A stretch of 62,943 bases of DNA, the filler included, from Catajapyx aquilonaris (lineage: Eukaryota), in NCBI GenBank assembly GCA_000934665.2. It is 2 parts of 2 records of this genome, joined end to end, with 100 filler letters (N's around TTAATTAATTAA, not from the genome) between each part and the next. Parts side by side here need not be neighbours in the genome. Positions count along the whole stretch, not along the records: positions 31,523 to 62,943 come from KZ539164.1; 1 more part is not named here. One strand, 5' to 3'. Positions 59,623 to 62,943 of the stretch are shown here, piece by piece. The notes beneath the pieces are model-generated. The model was given only the letters and a program-made list of their open reading frames with translations. It did no database searches and had not been told where the DNA came from. Position 1 is the stretch's first letter. Each line of letters opens with the position of its first letter. A program made the translations under genes and the position numbers.

Positions 59623-62600
59623 TCTGCGGGCCGGGGGGCTAAACCAAGAGTTGAGCAGGAAAAGGACATGAGGAAAAGAGGACAAAAAGTTCATGGGTGG
59701 CAAAAATAAAAGAGAGAATAAGTTAGCCAAACTGCAGGTTACAACAAACACATTAGAAACTGGTGCAGATATGTTTCTCCCTCCCACAACACCCAATTCG
59801 CACCCACGATTCACTGTCGGTACTTGTATAATAATGAAAAAACTAGTTCATATGTTCAACTCATGTCGGCTGAACCCATGAATGATAGACATAACCATAT
59901 TGGCAATTACGTACATGTCAGACGGATGATTCTATAAACACCAGGTTCATTGTGACATGTTTAGTCATCATAGTAACATTGCACGGCAAGCACGGCCCAA
60001 ATAATGCCACCACGTCCATGTCAAAGCCCCAGCTGTCAAAATAAGTGGCAAGCAAACATCACCCTCTTTTGAGTGACGCACCTTCTCGATTACTACAGTT
60101 CTAGTGCACCAGACTCTTGGCTTCACCAGATACATGCATATTATATCCTGCAAATCCCCTTGCCTAGCTCAAATAACATGGTTGTAAGACACAAGAGTAA
60201 AGCCATTTTCTAAATTTTCTGAGCAAGACTTGACTAAAACCCAAACAATCCAACACACGCTGGCACATACTGAAAACATGGCAAGCTGACTTCTTATATC
60301 TTAATGTGCGTCTAAACCGCCAAATCCTGGTTCTCCAGAAGTCGACTTCTCCAGTCCTATTGCGACTGAACAAAGTGCCATAGCCTGGTGTTTCAGCTCT
60401 GCCTAATGCTCACTTGCACACTTATACCCCCCATAAGTCCATCAAGTCCGTTTGGCCTCTAACTCTGCCACAAATACTTTCCGAACGACCGTGGCGCAAG
60501 CACACACCTGCACGTTTGATCCCTGCATAGACAAAGTGCACCTACTGCCGCAATTTATTTGCATTGTGTTATGCAGTGTGTGAAACACCTGTACACTGCT
60601 TCCATATCATTCCTTGTGAAATGCACTATGGCCGTGAGAATTATATTTAGTAGCCTAACCATCTGCCTGACAAGACCAACAGCATTAACTGCAATTCTGA
60701 TTTACATATATGTTGGTGACGCAACAGGCTACGCCACGATTACAAATTCTTCATGAGTGCAAGAAGTGTCACAATTTCAAATGCGCATCAAGGCAACGAC
60801 ACCTGAGTTTGACGCCCAGATCAGCAGAAAATTTCCTACGTACTGGCTTACATACATAGAAAGCACACTCACGGACGTCTGTATGACACAACTGGAATTA
60901 TTCTACGCAATTCATGCATAGCCTAGACACAACAAATCATGCTTGATAACACTGCAATTAACCTGCACATTAAAAGTAAGCACTATTTGTGACTGTGACT
61001 TCATTACTCTCACACTGGCTACCACACAGCCTTGAAGTATGACTAGCTGATCAATGATAGTTTGCAAAAGCCATGTCAAACATATTCTCATCGCAAATGA
61101 ATTATCCGCATTCGTAAATATATTGCAAATTTTGCAACCATCGACCCTGATCCGCCTAGACATGTTCCAAACAGGTGCGACACCCACAAAGAATCACAAA
61201 ATATGTAACGTCAAACCCCTCCCCCCTTCCAGCCCAGCTTATTTAGATTTTGGCAATAAAAATGCAATGATGGCAAATTGGGGAGGGCACGTAAGGGGGG
61301 GGAGCAGTTATCGATCTGCAATATGTAAATCACCGATATTGCTCGCATGGTAATGTGTCATTACAGCTCTAACAGCAGTAATTACTCTTTGCCAGCATGT
61401 AACAGGCTTCAGAGTGGGGAATGGCAGGTTAAGTTGGCGGTCAGCATTTTCATAACGCACATATGTACATAGCGGTGTAACACGCATTACCTATGATCTG
61501 CTGTCAGTGCAATTTAAGTGATATTTTCATGAAACCTACATAGCGTACAGGTTATTGCAATAATTCCGATCATGTCCGTACGAGCCACAAGTAACTGCGT
61601 AATTGCAACCACGTAACGCCAACTATCACGGCCGCCTACCAAGCCTGATCCAATCGACATTGAATCCGCAAATTCGCATTGGACACTTCAAAAGTTTTCC
61701 CAGATTATGTAAAGCGCTCAACCTTTTTTTCCCCCTCTTTCCACCCACCCCTCCTCCGTCCAAATGATACGTACTCATTACATAACATTTAATTCACCAT
61801 CGCTCTGTGCCAGTACAAAAACTCAAAAATAGACTTTTCGTACATGACAGGCCGATTCGCAATAGGCAAAAAAAAATCGCCGGGAGTAGGTCTCGCGAAA
61901 TGGTGCGGGGGGGGGGGGGGNNNNNNNNNNNNNGGGGGAGTAAATTCGCAAAAGGAGATGGGAAGGGGAAGGGGGGAGGATAGTCCCGACTTTCAACCGA
62001 CCTTGACGTGGCGAAAAATTCTCCAAAAATTTCTTTTGCAAAAAAAAATGTCCCCCAAAATGGCTGCCAATTTCTTTTTGCAATACCGGTTACATATATT
62101 GTGCGAATCTGATTTTTTTGGACTATTCCGGATGTACGTGTTGTACTAATGACGCCGATGCGTTACACAAGCTATAATTCGCACGATTTTTTTCTGCCAA
62201 AATTTTTTTTCTCGTAAAAAAATACACACGCACAAGAGGGAAAGGTGACCTTCCCTGCATATCACCTGAGTCCGGACACTGTTGGCAACCCACGCAGCTC
62301 TAAAAAAAAATTCGCAAAAAGCCATCCCATGCAAACTATATTCTGCAAATACACGTCACTCACGCAGTTGTATAATTTCCTCCTTAAAAATGAGCTCTTT
62401 TTGTGCCAATTTGTATAAAAAACCATGCAAAATTTCGCAGCCAGAAAATTCGCAACACACGTGCACCTATCCGGAAATGCACAAAATGGTGCATCGCTAA
62501 TCGCAACAAAATTTGCTAACAATACGGCGTACATTTTTTTGCAATGTTGTCAATGACGTCACAAAAACCGGCCAGTTTGCAAAATTTAAAAAAATTATTC

Positions 62601-62859
62601 ACAGCTACCATAAGTTCTCAACGGTGTCCCATGTAATACCTCGTATGACCTCCGATGACTACAGTTGCAAAATTGTGCGAATATATTTTTAACGAATATT
62701 TCGCCCGTTGACACTCAGATTCGCACAAAAATCGCCCCCCCCCAACACAATACCCCACACATATCCACAACCTAACCCTAGTTACGATATATTTGCAAAA
62801 AACAATATTTCGCGAAAACTACATAAGATAAGTAGACAGTGCATATATTTACCCGGCCT

Positions 62860-62925
62860 ACTGAAAATGACGTCGGCGGCCTACTGTCACACCGCGGGGA
62901 CTGGCGGAGTCAAGATGGCGACTCC
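62860..62925. promoter_or_regulatory. Possible promoter: CRE-like, Motif-1-like and YY1 sites in a CpG-richer patch
   Basis: TGACGTC at about 62869, TGTCACACCG at about 62885, and CAAGATGGCG at 62911-62920. Confidence 0.35.
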
Positions 62926-62943
62926 GAAACCAGTAACCCCCCC

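Noticed and set aside
58672..59814. 380-aa single-exon BTB protein as given in the ORF track
   Set aside because: Both ends run into intron sequence. The conserved start is ATG 59622 and the donor is at 58770.

Overview
This window is eukaryotic (arthropod/pancrustacean-like) genomic DNA in two parts, joined at an artificial N44-TTAATTAATTAA-N44 spacer (31423-31522). Left part (about 1-31.4 kb): a head-to-tail array of 11 paralogous + strand transcription-factor genes. Each has a conserved promoter cassette ending in a YY1/Pho-type AAGATGGCCG, then a phase-0 exon encoding an acidic, SUMO-motif-rich 'DDPL' domain of about 80-95 aa, then one phase-0 DNA-binding exon. That last exon is a C2H2 array (8-15 fingers) in 7 units, 23-aa STPR-like repeats in 3 units, and STPR plus C2H2 in 1 unit. 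The introns contain many MITEs/foldbacks, mariner remnants and a Helitron helicase fragment, and a SINE lies downstream of unit 1. Right part: a minus-strand single-finger gene cut by the gap, a frameshifted peritrophin-like chitin-binding gene, and a large minus-strand BTB-zinc-finger gene (mamo-like) with two alternative C2H2 3' ends. The distal isoform ends in TGA-CTAG followed by a stop-free in-frame 182-codon extension, which makes it a strong candidate for programmed stop-codon readthrough. All gene models were inferred by eye from splice consensus and paralog comparison; no database searches were run.
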